This document shows positions 20,715-30,195 of a stretch of DNA of 64,000 nucleotides, piece by piece. Positions within the stretch are counted from its first letter, which is position 1. Each line of letters starts with the position of its first letter. Location: NCBI GenBank assembly GCA_046052125.1, contig JBJOMY010000001.1:640001-704000 (forward strand), given 5' to 3'. The notes beneath the pieces were generated by a model, which saw only the letters and a program-made list of their open reading frames with translations, was not told the origin of the DNA and ran no database searches. Position numbers and translations under genes: made by a program. This stretch comes from Cyanobacteriota bacterium. GTDB taxonomy: Bacteria; Cyanobacteriota; Cyanobacteriia; PCC-6307; Cyanobiaceae.

Positions 20715-21214
20715 AGTCGGCGAGTGATCGGAGCCCCGATCAACCCCACAGCGGTTCCGAAGGACTTCGACAACGACCCAGCGCTCGTGATTAACCCATA
20801 GGAGCACACACTGCTGAACAACAGCTGGCGTCAGTCATTGCGCAGCTTGATCGTCATCACCAACTCCGTCCAGACCCGGGCTTTCAATGCCCTGATGCAT
20901 CTTGCAAAGGAGAAGTAGCGCAGCGGCGAGACCACCCCATGCAGACCGACTCGCGCACCTTCAAGCCCCAGGCGCTGGGCGCCCAGTGGTGAGTCTGTAA
21001 CGGCCTCAGGGTCATGGGCTATCTCGGGACTTGCTGCCGTGCTGATCGCGCATTGGGGGAATGGATCGCCACCAGGGCCGGCGCACACCCACCGGATCCC
21101 TCGGCCAGTCCTCACGCCGCGCCAAGGATCAGGCCATGCGCCCTCCGGTGTCGGGCGTCCTTGCCCCGGCATTGCGGCCGGCCGGTGGGGGTGGGGTTCT
21201 TCGCCGTCCTGCCG

Positions 21215-21817
21215 ATGGCTTCCCCCGCCACCTCCCTCAGCCGCTCGGCCCTCAAGGCCCGTGATGCCCTGGTGCTGGAGCACCTGCCCCTGGCTGATGC
21301 CATTGCCTCTGCCACCGCCCGGCGCCTGTCCCCGCTGGTGGAGCGGGAAGATCTGATCCAGGTGGCCCGAGAAGCCCTGGTCCGTTCCGCTCCCCGCTGC
21401 AGAGCCGGTGAGCCGGCAGCGCCTTATCTGCGCCGCTGCATCAGCGGGGCGCTGCAGCACCACCTGCGCGATCGGGTGCGGCTGGTGCGCGTGCCACGCC
21501 GTCTGCATGAGCAGGGGCAATGCCCGCTGCGGCACCTCAGCCTCGATGCCAGCACTGATGGCGAGCCCTGCCTGCTCGATCAGCTGGCTGCTCCGGAGGC
21601 CGAGCCGGCCATGAGCGAGGCCATCAATGGCCTGGCGCTGGAGCAGCTGGTGGATCAGCTGCCCGCCGCCCAGGCCACAGCCCTGAAGCTCACCGTCCTG
21701 GAAGGCCTGTCGCTGCGGGCTGCGGCGGAGCGGCTGGAGATCAGCGCCATGTCTGTGATGCGGGCCCAGAAGAAGGCCATCGCGGCTCTGCGCCAGCAGC
21801 TCTCTGGTGGGGGCTGA
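21215..21817 (+). CDS. Sigma-70 family (SigF/SigB-like) sigma factor with region 2 and region 4, region 3 largely missing
   Basis: LVLEHLPLA...EDLIQVA...HHLRDRVRLVRVPR (region 2), SLDA, and LSLRAAAERLEISAMSVMRAQKKA (region 4 HTH). Start taken at ATG 21215. Confidence 0.8.
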   Translation: MASPATSLSRSALKARDALVLEHLPLADAIASATARRLSPLVEREDLIQVAREALVRSAPRCRAGEPAAPYLRRCISGALQHHLRDRVRLVRVPRRLHEQGQCPLRHLSLDASTDGEPCLLDQLAAPEAEPAMSEAINGLALEQLVDQLPAAQATALKLTVLEGLSLRAAAERLEISAMSVMRAQKKAIAALRQQLSGGG

Positions 21818-21828
21818 GGCCCCTCCAC

Positions 21829-22023
21829 TCAGGCCTGCTCGAACACCAGCGTGGAGAGCGGCCACCAGCCGCTACCGCCTTCGTCGTAGGAGAGCTCCAC
21901 CAGCGAATCGGTGTCGCTGATTGCGGCTGCCAGGTTCAGCACAGTGGCGCCGGTCGTCGGGCTGATCCGATCGCGCCAGCAGCGCGCTCCAACCTCTGGC
22001 TGTGGTGCGGGCGTCATGGTCAT
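21829..22023 (-). CDS. Small hypothetical protein
   Basis: 64-aa ORF tightly coupled to the upstream minus-strand operon. Confidence 0.55.
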   Translation of the reverse strand: MTMTPAPQPEVGARCWRDRISPTTGATVLNLAAAISDTDSLVELSYDEGGSGWWPLSTLVFEQA

Positions 22024-22026
22024 GGA

Positions 22027-23073
22027 TCAGGGGCTCACCATCACCCGGTTGCCAGTGCCGCTGTTGCTCACTCCTGCGAACTGACGGCGCTGGGGTGACC
22101 AGCAGATCGATCGCCAGCCGGTACTGGCTGGGGTGCTGCGCAACGTCCAGGTGAGGCCATCGGGGCTGGTCATGATCCGGTTGCCGCTGCCGCTGGTGGC
22201 CACGGCCACAAGCAGCTCACGCTGTGGTGCCCAGCAGAGGGAATTCCAGGAGATATCAGCTGCCGATGTCCGGCTCGTCCAGGTGATGCCATCGGGGGAG
22301 GTCATCACCCGGTTGCCCGTGCCGCTGCTGCTCAACGCCACCAGCAGGCCGAGCTCCGCTGCCCAGCAGACCGACACCCAGTTGTTGCCAGTGGCCGCGG
22401 TCCGCAGGGTCCAGTTGCGGCCATCCCTTGAGGTCATCACCCGCTGGGTGCCGCCGGTGCTGCCCACGGCCACGAACAACCCCAGCTGCGGGGCCCAGCA
22501 CACCGACCGCCAGACCTGATCAACAGCAGCAGGGCCGACCGTCCACTGGATGCCATCGCTGCTGGTCATCACCCGGTTGCCCGTGCCGCTGCCCGCCACA
22601 GCCACCAGTAAACCCAGCTCGGGCGACCAGCAGATCGAGGTCCAGCTGTTGTCAACCGGCGTCTGCCGCAGGGTCCAGCTGCGGCCATCCGCGGAGGTCA
22701 TCACCCTGCTGCCGGTGCCGCTGTTGCTGACGGCCACGAACAGCCCCAGCTCGGCCGCCCAGCAGAGCGCCACCCAGTTCTGATCAGCCGCTGCCTGAGG
22801 GGTCCAGCGGATGCCATCGCTGGACGTCATCACCCGGTTGCCGCTGCCGGTACCGGCCGCAGCCACGTAAAGCCGCAGCTCGGGCGACCAGCACACCGCC
22901 TCCCAGCTGTTGTCCGCCGCCGAGCGAACGGTCGACCACTGGATTCCGCTGATCCCCAGCACCGGCGGCGTGCCCAGCTGCTCCGCCAGCGCCGCAGCAG
23001 GCAGCTGATAGGTGCCCGCCTCAGGGCCCACAGGGCGGGTGATCGCCAGCAGGTCGCTTGGTTGGAGTGTCAT
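22027..23073 (-). CDS. Seven-repeat BNR/Asp-box beta-propeller protein (candidate virion receptor-binding protein)
   Basis: Seven repeats of about 43-44 aa, WxxxCW(S/A)xxxxLxVA...GxxRVMTSxDGxxWT; the last repeat is partial. Confidence 0.8.
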   Translation of the reverse strand: MTLQPSDLLAITRPVGPEAGTYQLPAAALAEQLGTPPVLGISGIQWSTVRSAADNSWEAVCWSPELRLYVAAAGTGSGNRVMTSSDGIRWTPQAAADQNWVALCWAAELGLFVAVSNSGTGSRVMTSADGRSWTLRQTPVDNSWTSICWSPELGLLVAVAGSGTGNRVMTSSDGIQWTVGPAAVDQVWRSVCWAPQLGLFVAVGSTGGTQRVMTSRDGRNWTLRTAATGNNWVSVCWAAELGLLVALSSSGTGNRVMTSPDGITWTSRTSAADISWNSLCWAPQRELLVAVATSGSGNRIMTSPDGLTWTLRSTPASTGWRSICWSPQRRQFAGVSNSGTGNRVMVSP

Positions 23074-23750
23074 CAGGGCAAGGCCGGCAGGCTGCTGATG
23101 TCCAGCGGCATGTAGTCGCCGGCCGGCTGGGCGGTGGCCATTGCCGCTTTGAGGGCGGCGGCATCCACAGCTGCGCCCTCAGTGCCGGCGGTGAGGTCCT
23201 CCCCGCTGGCCAGCCGCAACACGCCGGCGCTCTCGGTGGTGGCCGCATCAACGCTGAGCAGCGGCTGGGCCGGATCGCTCTCATCCACGCTCAGCGGTGC
23301 CGCCACCTGGATACGGATCACACCGGCGCCATCAGGGCCCAGGGCGGCGTTGGCACTCCAGTTGTTGCCGTCAAACAGCAGCAGATCCCCCTGGGCGATC
23401 GGCTGGCCAGCGATACCGCTCCAGCTGGCCAGGGCCACACCGGAGGCACTGGCCAGGTAGACATCGCCCACGGCGGCATCGGCCGGGGGCTCGGCGGTGG
23501 TGGGATCGATGGCGCCGCGGTAGTGCAGGGCTCCGGGGATCGCGGCATGCAGCGTGCCGTCTGCGTCCACCGAGAGATTGGTGCCGGGCCGGATCGCACC
23601 GATCGCCGCCGCCGTGGCGGGAGAGAGCATGTAGGCCTTGACCTCCTCGGCCGTCGCCCGGTAGGGGGTGCTGCCGCGCTGCACCAGCAGCAGGTCGGTG
23701 GGTTGGGGCAGGGAGCGGCCGGCAATGCGGCTCTCGGTGCTGGTGGCCAT
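23073..23750 (-). CDS. Phage fibre-like structural protein
   Basis: DLLLVQRG..Y, GAIRPGTNLSVDADGTL, GALHYRG and GDLLLFDGNNW resemble head/tail fibre segments; lies in the capsid operon. Confidence 0.5.
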   Translation of the reverse strand: MATSTESRIAGRSLPQPTDLLLVQRGSTPYRATAEEVKAYMLSPATAAAIGAIRPGTNLSVDADGTLHAAIPGALHYRGAIDPTTAEPPADAAVGDVYLASASGVALASWSGIAGQPIAQGDLLLFDGNNWSANAALGPDGAGVIRIQVAAPLSVDESDPAQPLLSVDAATTESAGVLRLASGEDLTAGTEGAAVDAAALKAAMATAQPAGDYMPLDISSLPALP

Positions 23751-23788
23751 GGCGATGAGGGAAGAAAGGGGGGAAGTGGAACGAGAGA

Positions 23789-24031
23789 TCAGGGCGGCAG
23801 GAGGCTGAGCAGGCGCAGATCCAGCCCGATCACCACCACCCCATCGCTGGCAGCAGCACTCACCAGCGGCGCCAGGGTCTCCACTGCCGTGATGCCACCC
23901 GTGGGCGGTGGTTCAGGGGTGCCGCCGTCCTGCAGTTGGGCCTGGCCCAGGAAGATCACTCCCTGCGGTCGGGTGTTGCTGCGGCACTGCGCCGTCAGTT
24001 CGGCCAGCACAGCCGGATCGGGAGTGGCCAT
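23789..24031 (-). CDS. Hypothetical structural-module protein
   Basis: 80-aa ORF; its C-terminus (APLVS...LDLRLLSLLP) resembles the C-terminal region of the next gene (APLSV...LDISSLPALP). Confidence 0.55.
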   Translation of the reverse strand: MATPDPAVLAELTAQCRSNTRPQGVIFLGQAQLQDGGTPEPPPTGGITAVETLAPLVSAAASDGVVVIGLDLRLLSLLPP

Positions 24032-24111
24032 CGGTGCCAGGGCGGTGCTGATGAGCTGTTGCCAGGCCCCAGCCAGGTATTCGCTGACCGGGGCAGACCT
24101 GGCGGCTGGGA

Positions 24112-24846
24112 TCAGAGCAGGGCATCCCCCAGCTCCTGGGCCGCGAGATCCGCCGCATCGCTGCTGCCCTCGCTGCCACTGGCCTGGGCTTCCAGCGCCA
24201 TGGCCTGCTCCACCAGTTCCGCCTTGGTCTGGCTGCCATCGAGTTCCACCCCATAGACGCTGGAGCAGAACTCCACAATCTGGGCCTTGGTCATCGCCTG
24301 GAAGTCGGTGGGCTCAGAGGCCAGCAGGGCCTCCCCGGCAGCACTGCTGGTGTCAGTCGGCTCGCCGGTGGGCGTGGACGTGGACTCAGCGGTTGGAGAT
24401 TCGGGCTCCGTTGCCTCCGGCAGCTCCGGCTCGCTGACCAGCAGATCCAGAGGCGCACGCTGAGGCTCCAACGGCTCTGTCACCGGCTGCTCCTGCTCGG
24501 GCGGCTCTGGCTCGTCCTCGCTGCCATCAAGAGGGGGCGGGTCATCGCTGCCGCTGGTTGAGCTGAGCAGCTCCCAGCCCAGGGCCTGCCAGCCGGCCAG
24601 GTGCACCGGCCAGATCGAGCGGGTCACACCGTCCTTGCCGATCAGCAGCTGACTGGGCGGCAGCAGCGAGGCATCGCCCACCCCTGGATCGGGGGTGACG
24701 GTGAGACGCTGCTCCGGGCCGGAGAGACGCACGGGTGTCGAGACGGGGTTGCTGCTGTCGAGGGGCTGCAGCAGCTCCAGCGGCAGGGCCTCAGCTCCTG
24801 CTGCTGCTGTGGTGAGGGTGTCGAGGGTGTTGTCCATGGCGCTCAC
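24112..24846 (-). CDS. Acidic protein with C-terminal HeH/Rho-N-like motif
   Basis: MTKAQIVEFC...GVELDGSQTKAELVEQ motif, common downstream of phage capsid genes; Pro/Glu-rich linker. Confidence 0.6.
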   Translation of the reverse strand: MSAMDNTLDTLTTAAAGAEALPLELLQPLDSSNPVSTPVRLSGPEQRLTVTPDPGVGDASLLPPSQLLIGKDGVTRSIWPVHLAGWQALGWELLSSTSGSDDPPPLDGSEDEPEPPEQEQPVTEPLEPQRAPLDLLVSEPELPEATEPESPTAESTSTPTGEPTDTSSAAGEALLASEPTDFQAMTKAQIVEFCSSVYGVELDGSQTKAELVEQAMALEAQASGSEGSSDAADLAAQELGDALL

Positions 24847-24847
24847 C

Positions 24848-25282
24848 TCACAGCCCCTGGTTGGCGGTCAGCGCCACGGTCATCCCCACCGGCGTGGCCG
24901 GCGACACCGCTGCCCGCGCCAGCCGCAGGCAGGGCGGTGTGATCAGCTCGCTGTCGGCTGGATTGATCAGCAGGGCAGCACCGCTGATGATCGCCTCCAC
25001 CTTGCCGCCAGCAGCGGGGATGGCGACGGCGGCGGCGGTGATCCAGCTGCCGGCGTTGCCGTCCGCCAGCAGGGGTGCCAGCTCCAGGGTCACGGTCACC
25101 GCTTCGCTGTGGCCGGGGTGGGAGGCCACCAGCACAAAAGAGGAGCAGGCATCGAGGTCAGTACCGAGGTTCACGACATCGCCGCTGCTGCGCACGTGCT
25201 CGTAGCAGTCAGTCGCGGAGTGGTTGATCCAGCCGACGAGCACCGTCTGGGCGTCGAGCAGCCGGGTGGCTTGAGAAGTCAT
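24848..25282 (-). CDS. Putative capsid decoration/cement protein
   Basis: 144-aa beta-rich ORF immediately downstream of the capsid gene; call is by position only. Confidence 0.45.
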   Translation of the reverse strand: MTSQATRLLDAQTVLVGWINHSATDCYEHVRSSGDVVNLGTDLDACSSFVLVASHPGHSEAVTVTLELAPLLADGNAGSWITAAAVAIPAAGGKVEAIISGAALLINPADSELITPPCLRLARAAVSPATPVGMTVALTANQGL

Positions 25283-25344
25283 CAGGGGTCTCCTGGGTGT
25301 GGGGGTTGAGGTGAGGGGATGCGTTTCGTGGGTTCAGGGTTGAC

Positions 25345-26256
25345 TCAGACCACCAGCGGCATGGGCGCCACGTTGTAGAGACGGGCAGCGGCTTTGCGGT
25401 TGCAGACGGCAAAGCCCACGTACCAATCCACCCGCGTGCGGAACACCGGCGCGTCATGCACCTCCCCGAAGTCCCGCACCGAGATGCCGTAGCGGCCCTC
25501 GAACGGGCCCTGCAGTCCGCACACCGCCGCGTCACCCAGGACGCAGCAGTAGATGGAGGTGGTGTCGCCCGGTTCGTCGTAGCCGAGTACCGCGTTGCCC
25601 TCGGCGTCCTCCTCCACCAGCAGGATCTCCACCCCCTCGAAGTAGTGCCGCCCGTCGATGACTTCGTAGAGGTCACCGCCGGCCTGGCGGGAGGCGGTGC
25701 TGATCTGGCGGCGGGCAGCCTTGCTGGCGATCAGCACCTTGTCGCCGCCGTAGCCGATCACGCTGTCGGTCAGCGCCTCCAGCGCCAGCAGGTTGAGGGT
25801 GCTGCCGCCGTTGTCGACCGTCTGGTCGTCGCCTGGCACCAGCCGCTTGCTCAGACCGTTGAAGGCCCGCGGATCAAAGGTGTCGTCGCCGTTGATGATT
25901 GCCGCCTCCAGGGTGAGGCGCATCGAGCGCACCTTCATCTCGGTCTGGGCAGCACGGGCCTCAGGACCCTGCAGGTCGACGATCGAACGGTCCACATCCA
26001 GATCGCCGCCGAAGAGGTGCACGAACTCCGAATCGGAGTTGATTACCCCATAGCTCTGGCGGTAGCCCTCGTTCACGGCCCGGAAGCCGACGCGGGGGAG
26101 TTTGGTTTCAGCCGGGAAGCTCAGCGAGCCGCCCACGAGGTTGCGGAACGGCAGGCGGCGCAGCAGCTCCCCCTCCGCAAAGGTCTTGAGCACCGCCAGC
26201 TGTTCAGCACGGCGGGCGTATTTCTGCGCCTCGATCAAGGTCAGGCCCAAGGGCAC
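25345..26256 (-). CDS. Major capsid protein (HK97-like fold inferred)
   Basis: GLTLIEAQK, LPRVGFRAVNEGY, GGDLDVDR, IINGD...FNGL, RTRVDWYVG...AAARL are typical of this capsid family. Start taken at GTG 26256. Confidence 0.85.
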   Translation of the reverse strand: MPLGLTLIEAQKYARRAEQLAVLKTFAEGELLRRLPFRNLVGGSLSFPAETKLPRVGFRAVNEGYRQSYGVINSDSEFVHLFGGDLDVDRSIVDLQGPEARAAQTEMKVRSMRLTLEAAIINGDDTFDPRAFNGLSKRLVPGDDQTVDNGGSTLNLLALEALTDSVIGYGGDKVLIASKAARRQISTASRQAGGDLYEVIDGRHYFEGVEILLVEEDAEGNAVLGYDEPGDTTSIYCCVLGDAAVCGLQGPFEGRYGISVRDFGEVHDAPVFRTRVDWYVGFAVCNRKAAARLYNVAPMPLVV

Positions 26257-26455
26257 GCTCCCGGGGCCTCGCCCCAGTGACAACAGCTCCTGTTGCCAGG
26301 TCCGAGCCGGAGTGTCAGAGAACGGTCAGCTCAGGGGGGCGGGTGGTGGCTGGCGGCTGGAGGGCAGGCGCTCCGCATGGTGCCCCGCATCTGCTCGTCC
26401 TGAAGGCCGACGCCGATGGGGGGCGCGGTGGTCGCGTCCTGCCTGCAACACCGCC

Positions 26456-26668
26456 ATGGCCACCACACCCGTTGCCCCGGCCTGCCCGATCCGCCTCATC
26501 TCCTTCCGTCTGGCTGCCAGGGGCAGCACGGAAGCGCGGCGCCTGTTCCTCGATGGCGAGGGGCACATCAGCGCTGATCCCCACTGGCTGCCTCGGGAGC
26601 AGGCCCTGCTGCTTGCACACAATCAGCAGCTGATCTGGGGTTCAGCCGCCCGGGTGATCGTGCACTGA
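26456..26668 (+). CDS. Small hypothetical protein, probable paralogue of 32055-32273
   Basis: MATTPVAPACPIRLISFR...LFLDGEG...WLPREQALLLA; 3' part of ORF-track entry 26102..26668 starting at ATG 26456. Confidence 0.55.
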   Translation: MATTPVAPACPIRLISFRLAARGSTEARRLFLDGEGHISADPHWLPREQALLLAHNQQLIWGSAARVIVH

Positions 26669-26905
26669 GCACCCCAGGGCTAGTGGGTTTGGGATCGCTG
26701 GCCCTCCCTCACTGGCCATGGACTGCTCCAATGCGTCCATCCAGTCCCAGAGAAGCCTGTGCCTGTCCTTGCCGTCCAGCTCGCTCGCCGGCACAGCCTC
26801 CGCAAGGGCGCCAGGCTGCAGGGACTGAACGATGTCCACCGCATGGGGTTCGTCAAGGACCTGCACCATCTCGATGCCAAAGCCGTCGTCTGTGCAGAAA
26901 AACAC
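26642..26905 (-). CDS. Hypothetical protein
   Basis: Protein-like composition (FFCTDDGFGIEMVQV...LLWDWMDALE); start uncertain. Confidence 0.4.
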   Translation of the reverse strand: MFFCTDDGFGIEMVQVLDEPHAVDIVQSLQPGALAEAVPASELDGKDRHRLLWDWMDALEQSMASEGGPAIPNPLALGCSVHDHPGG

Positions 26906-27451
26906 CGCGTAGTGGATGGGGCCTCCAGCTCAGCACCTCTCCTTTGCGGGAATAAGGGTCTCAGGCTGCCAGTACGCGGAGGTGATCGGATAGGAGCCAC
27001 TGCGCCGGTTGCGGAGGAAGTCTCAGGGGGGCTGCACATTCCCCCAACTCCAGACAGCTAGGTGAGAGCGCTGAGATTGGGCTGCAGCGGTGAGATACAC
27101 CACGGGGGCATGCTCTGATTTGGCCAAGAGCAACGACCGCAGCCGTTGTGGACGCAGAGTCTGTCGATGGCTAAAGGCAATGATATTTACCACTACGACT
27201 TATGCATTGAGCACCGGTCCAGACAGGTGGTTTATAGACTCGGGTACCACTGCCAACCTTTACGTAAAATGACTCTAATCTCTTGCGAGGAGCGGAGTCG
27301 ACCCGAACAATGGCAGGGGGCCTGCCCCAGCTATTAAAAGAGAGGAAGCTATACAAGATGGTCCTTGAAACCATCCATTAAAGGGCTGGATTGATTGATC
27401 AGCACTCCTATCAGAAGCAAGGTGGGGCCTTGACCTAGCTGCAGACTTGCC

Positions 27452-27637
27452 ATGCCAGCTATACTGAGCGGAGTTCACGACAGGCCAGTGACAGGTCAGG
27501 ATGATCGCCGACAGAGGCTAGACGAAGACTTTAGAAGATCATTTAATCACGAGAACAAGAAAAAGCCATCCGGGGACCCTCCTTTAAAGCTCAAGAAGTC
27601 AGAGCAAAAGCAACCCGGCAAAGACGAGCGCAAATAA
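27452..27637 (+). CDS. Small charged (Lys-rich) protein, first gene of a low-GC cassette
   Basis: 61-aa ORF ending 21 nt before the next gene on the same strand. Confidence 0.4.
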   Translation: MPAILSGVHDRPVTGQDDRRQRLDEDFRRSFNHENKKKPSGDPPLKLKKSEQKQPGKDERK

Positions 27638-27658
27638 ACACAGCCAGCCTGCTTTGCC

Positions 27659-28288
27659 ATGGTAACGGCTCCGCAAATTTCTGATTTCATCGCCCTGGTA
27701 GCGCCAGGCTTTGTTGCCGTAGAGGTATTCAGGTCGGCCTACCCAGCCAAGACAAGATCCGACAAGTCTAATCTTTATCTGTACGTTGTATATAGTCTCA
27801 TTTGCGCAACCATTCTTTCGCTGCTCTCGCACCATTCTTCGATATCATCTTTTAGCCTTCAAGTTCCCGCAAAAGGCTCATCATTCTATCCATTTCTCCT
27901 GCTAGCAGTTGGGTGGCTTGTAGGCCAGGCCTGCATATTCTGCTACTGGATCCGACATCTTATTCCTCGCAAGTGCGACTCCCTAAGGTGGCTTCGTCCC
28001 GATCCTCAGAGTACCTGGAATAGAATCAATGACGACTTGGACGATCAGTGGGTATATGTTTTTCTTAAAGATGGATCGATCTATGTGGGACAAATCCGTT
28101 TCTGGAACTTTGACCCTGATTCCCCGAATCAGGATTTTTTTCTGGATAGAGCAAGAAGAGTAGATGAACGCCTAGACCCTAGGGGGCAAAAGTCGGCGAA
28201 GTGGAAGGAAAGATACTTGGTTGAAACTGGAGTCTATATCAGCACTGCCGAAGTATCGCGAATTGAGTTTCAAGGCTCGTACGTATAA
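27659..28288 (+). CDS. Membrane protein, DUF6338-like
   Basis: LVAPGFVA N-terminus, three hydrophobic segments, then STW...WVYVFLKDGSIYVG...DFFL...GVYI...IEF. Confidence 0.65.
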   Translation: MVTAPQISDFIALVAPGFVAVEVFRSAYPAKTRSDKSNLYLYVVYSLICATILSLLSHHSSISSFSLQVPAKGSSFYPFLLLAVGWLVGQACIFCYWIRHLIPRKCDSLRWLRPDPQSTWNRINDDLDDQWVYVFLKDGSIYVGQIRFWNFDPDSPNQDFFLDRARRVDERLDPRGQKSAKWKERYLVETGVYISTAEVSRIEFQGSYV

Positions 28289-28420
28289 TTTTTATGCATT
28301 AATGCGTAATCCGGCACGGCCATTCGCCTGGCCCGCCGCAGGCAGAGTCGCCACCCCATCGTGGCACTTTGATTTAAGCTTCTTCCAGATAGGCAATAGC
28401 CAGCATTGTATGGAGCAGCC

Positions 28421-28960
28421 ATGAAAGAGTTGCGTGAATGGATCCAGCTTGCCTTTGCTGTGATCGGCGGGGGTTTAGCCTCCGCAGCTTTTCTCCAAAA
28501 TCAGCGCCAGCGTCGCGTCGAAAACGCCCTTAAGTTCGTTGCCCTCTTCAAAGAAAGCCTTCGGGAAGGTGATATAGGGCACTGGGTGGAACTATTTCAG
28601 GCCGCAAGTGAACCTGCGGGTTGCCCCCCTGGTCATTTCAGAACGAGCAGGAACTCATGCATTTCCATAGTAGAATACTTCTCGGAAGGGAGCGGAGATG
28701 ATTATGCAATCTCGCGCATGGCGAATAGCCTAGATGCCGTGTGTTATCAGGTAGTTACAGGAGCCGCAGATGCACAAACTGTCTATCATGAAATTGGGCA
28801 ACTGCTCTGGCACATGAATCTCTGGCTTCGCGCGGTACCCGCTCCTGCAGGGAAACTCTCATTTCTTGAACAGTCATTCCCTAACATTGCACGGTTCTTT
28901 TCTAAGTTCGGGAGAGCAGCGCAAACCTGGCCTTCCAGAACATTTGCTTATATTGAATGA
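28421..28960 (+). CDS. Hypothetical protein with N-terminal transmembrane helix
   Basis: WIQLAFAVIGGGLASAAFL TM segment followed by a helical domain; lower GC than the flanks. Confidence 0.65.
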   Translation: MKELREWIQLAFAVIGGGLASAAFLQNQRQRRVENALKFVALFKESLREGDIGHWVELFQAASEPAGCPPGHFRTSRNSCISIVEYFSEGSGDDYAISRMANSLDAVCYQVVTGAADAQTVYHEIGQLLWHMNLWLRAVPAPAGKLSFLEQSFPNIARFFSKFGRAAQTWPSRTFAYIE

Positions 28961-29460
28961 CGACTGGCTTCCCCATCATTAAAATACCAACAAAACCGTT
29001 TTCTTGGATTTTTTGCGCGGAAAGATTCCCGCATCGCTGAAGTTTGTGGCTTCTACTTTGTGTCTCACTGGTAGTGAACTTTGTACCCCAGCTGTAGGTA
29101 CTGCAGCGCGTCACGTCGCCCTCACCCATGTCGGCCTGAACACGGTGCTGAAATCAATCAGCAGCACTTTGCCGATATTGCGATCTCGAACACCAACTAA
29201 TAGCCCGTCATAACCGCCAGGATGGTTTGGAGTGGGAGCGGCGTGGTGGCACAACTGAGGCCGGCCACCGTGGTGCGGCGGCGCGCCGCCGTCGATCGGG
29301 TGTGGGGAGATCTCTCATCCCGGCAGAGTGCCAGGGGCTGCGGCATGGCATCTCCATTCAATAGCGAAAACCGCGCCGCAGAGATCGTGGTGCACGCGAT
29401 CAGCAGCGGGTTACTCGTACTTAACGGAGCTGGCAAGGGCAGTGGTCAGCACCCCATCCC

Positions 29461-30195
29461 ATGACCACCCCGATGAGCGCCGAGCGGTTTGCCGATCGCT
29501 TCCGCTTCTACAAAGGCCAGCCGCAGCAGCAGCGAGGCGTGCAGCAGCTGTATGCCGCCATCGGCAGCAGCAACCAGGGCACCGAGATCCTCGATGAGCA
29601 GGCACCCTGGGCCGTCACCTACAGCGAGCAGCCAGCCCAGCCGCCGGCTCCCACAGGCGGCCTTGATCCCCGCGGCTCAGAAGAAGCCGGCATGGCCGGC
29701 CCGCAGATGGCCGCCCCGGTCCAACCCGGTGATTCCTACCTGCTGGTGAACGACCGGGACCAGGACATGGAGGCCTACGACCACACCGGCCGTTTCCTCT
29801 GGAGGATCCCCTGCCTGGCCCGCGGCCAGGGCGCCGACACTGACTGGAGTCAGACCAGCACTGACACCCCGCCAGGCCTCTACAAGCTCGGCCAGCTCTA
29901 CGCCGACTACGAGCAGAACCCAAACCCGCCCTGCTCCGACACCGCCATGGGCTACGGCTGGTACTCCTTTGACATGGAGGAGCTGGAGGGCCAGGAGGCC
30001 AAGGTCGGCCGGGCCGGGATCATGCTCCACGGCGGCGGTTCAGCCTGCGGCTGGCCCGGGGCCTGGGCACCGCTGCAGCCCCTGCACCCCACCCTCGGTT
30101 GCGTTCGCCTACACAACGCTGATCTGCGCGACAAGGTGCTGCCCCTCTACCGCCAGGGCACGGTCTATGTGGGGGTGTTCCAGGAAAAAAAGTGA
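29461..30195 (+). CDS. L,D-transpeptidase (YkuD-like) domain protein
   Basis: DTPPGLY, GIMLHGGG...TLGCVRLHNAD with the catalytic His and Cys. Confidence 0.75.
   Translation: MTTPMSAERFADRFRFYKGQPQQQRGVQQLYAAIGSSNQGTEILDEQAPWAVTYSEQPAQPPAPTGGLDPRGSEEAGMAGPQMAAPVQPGDSYLLVNDRDQDMEAYDHTGRFLWRIPCLARGQGADTDWSQTSTDTPPGLYKLGQLYADYEQNPNPPCSDTAMGYGWYSFDMEELEGQEAKVGRAGIMLHGGGSACGWPGAWAPLQPLHPTLGCVRLHNADLRDKVLPLYRQGTVYVGVFQEKK

Noticed and set aside
20831..21865. 344-aa minus-strand ORF
   Set aside because: Antisense to the sigma factor gene; no recognisable domain
22030..22940. CRISPR-like or non-coding repeat array
   Set aside because: The recurring GTCATCACCCGGTTGCC-type units are in-frame coding repeats of the propeller protein; there are no unique spacers and no cas genes
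23058..24437. 459-aa plus-strand ORF
   Set aside because: Shadow of three minus-strand structural genes; low-complexity translation
29240..29300. Hairpins GGTGGC/GCCACC and the palindrome GGCGGCGCGCCGCC as an ncRNA
   Set aside because: Short and purely GC-rich; not distinguishable from chance without a folding control
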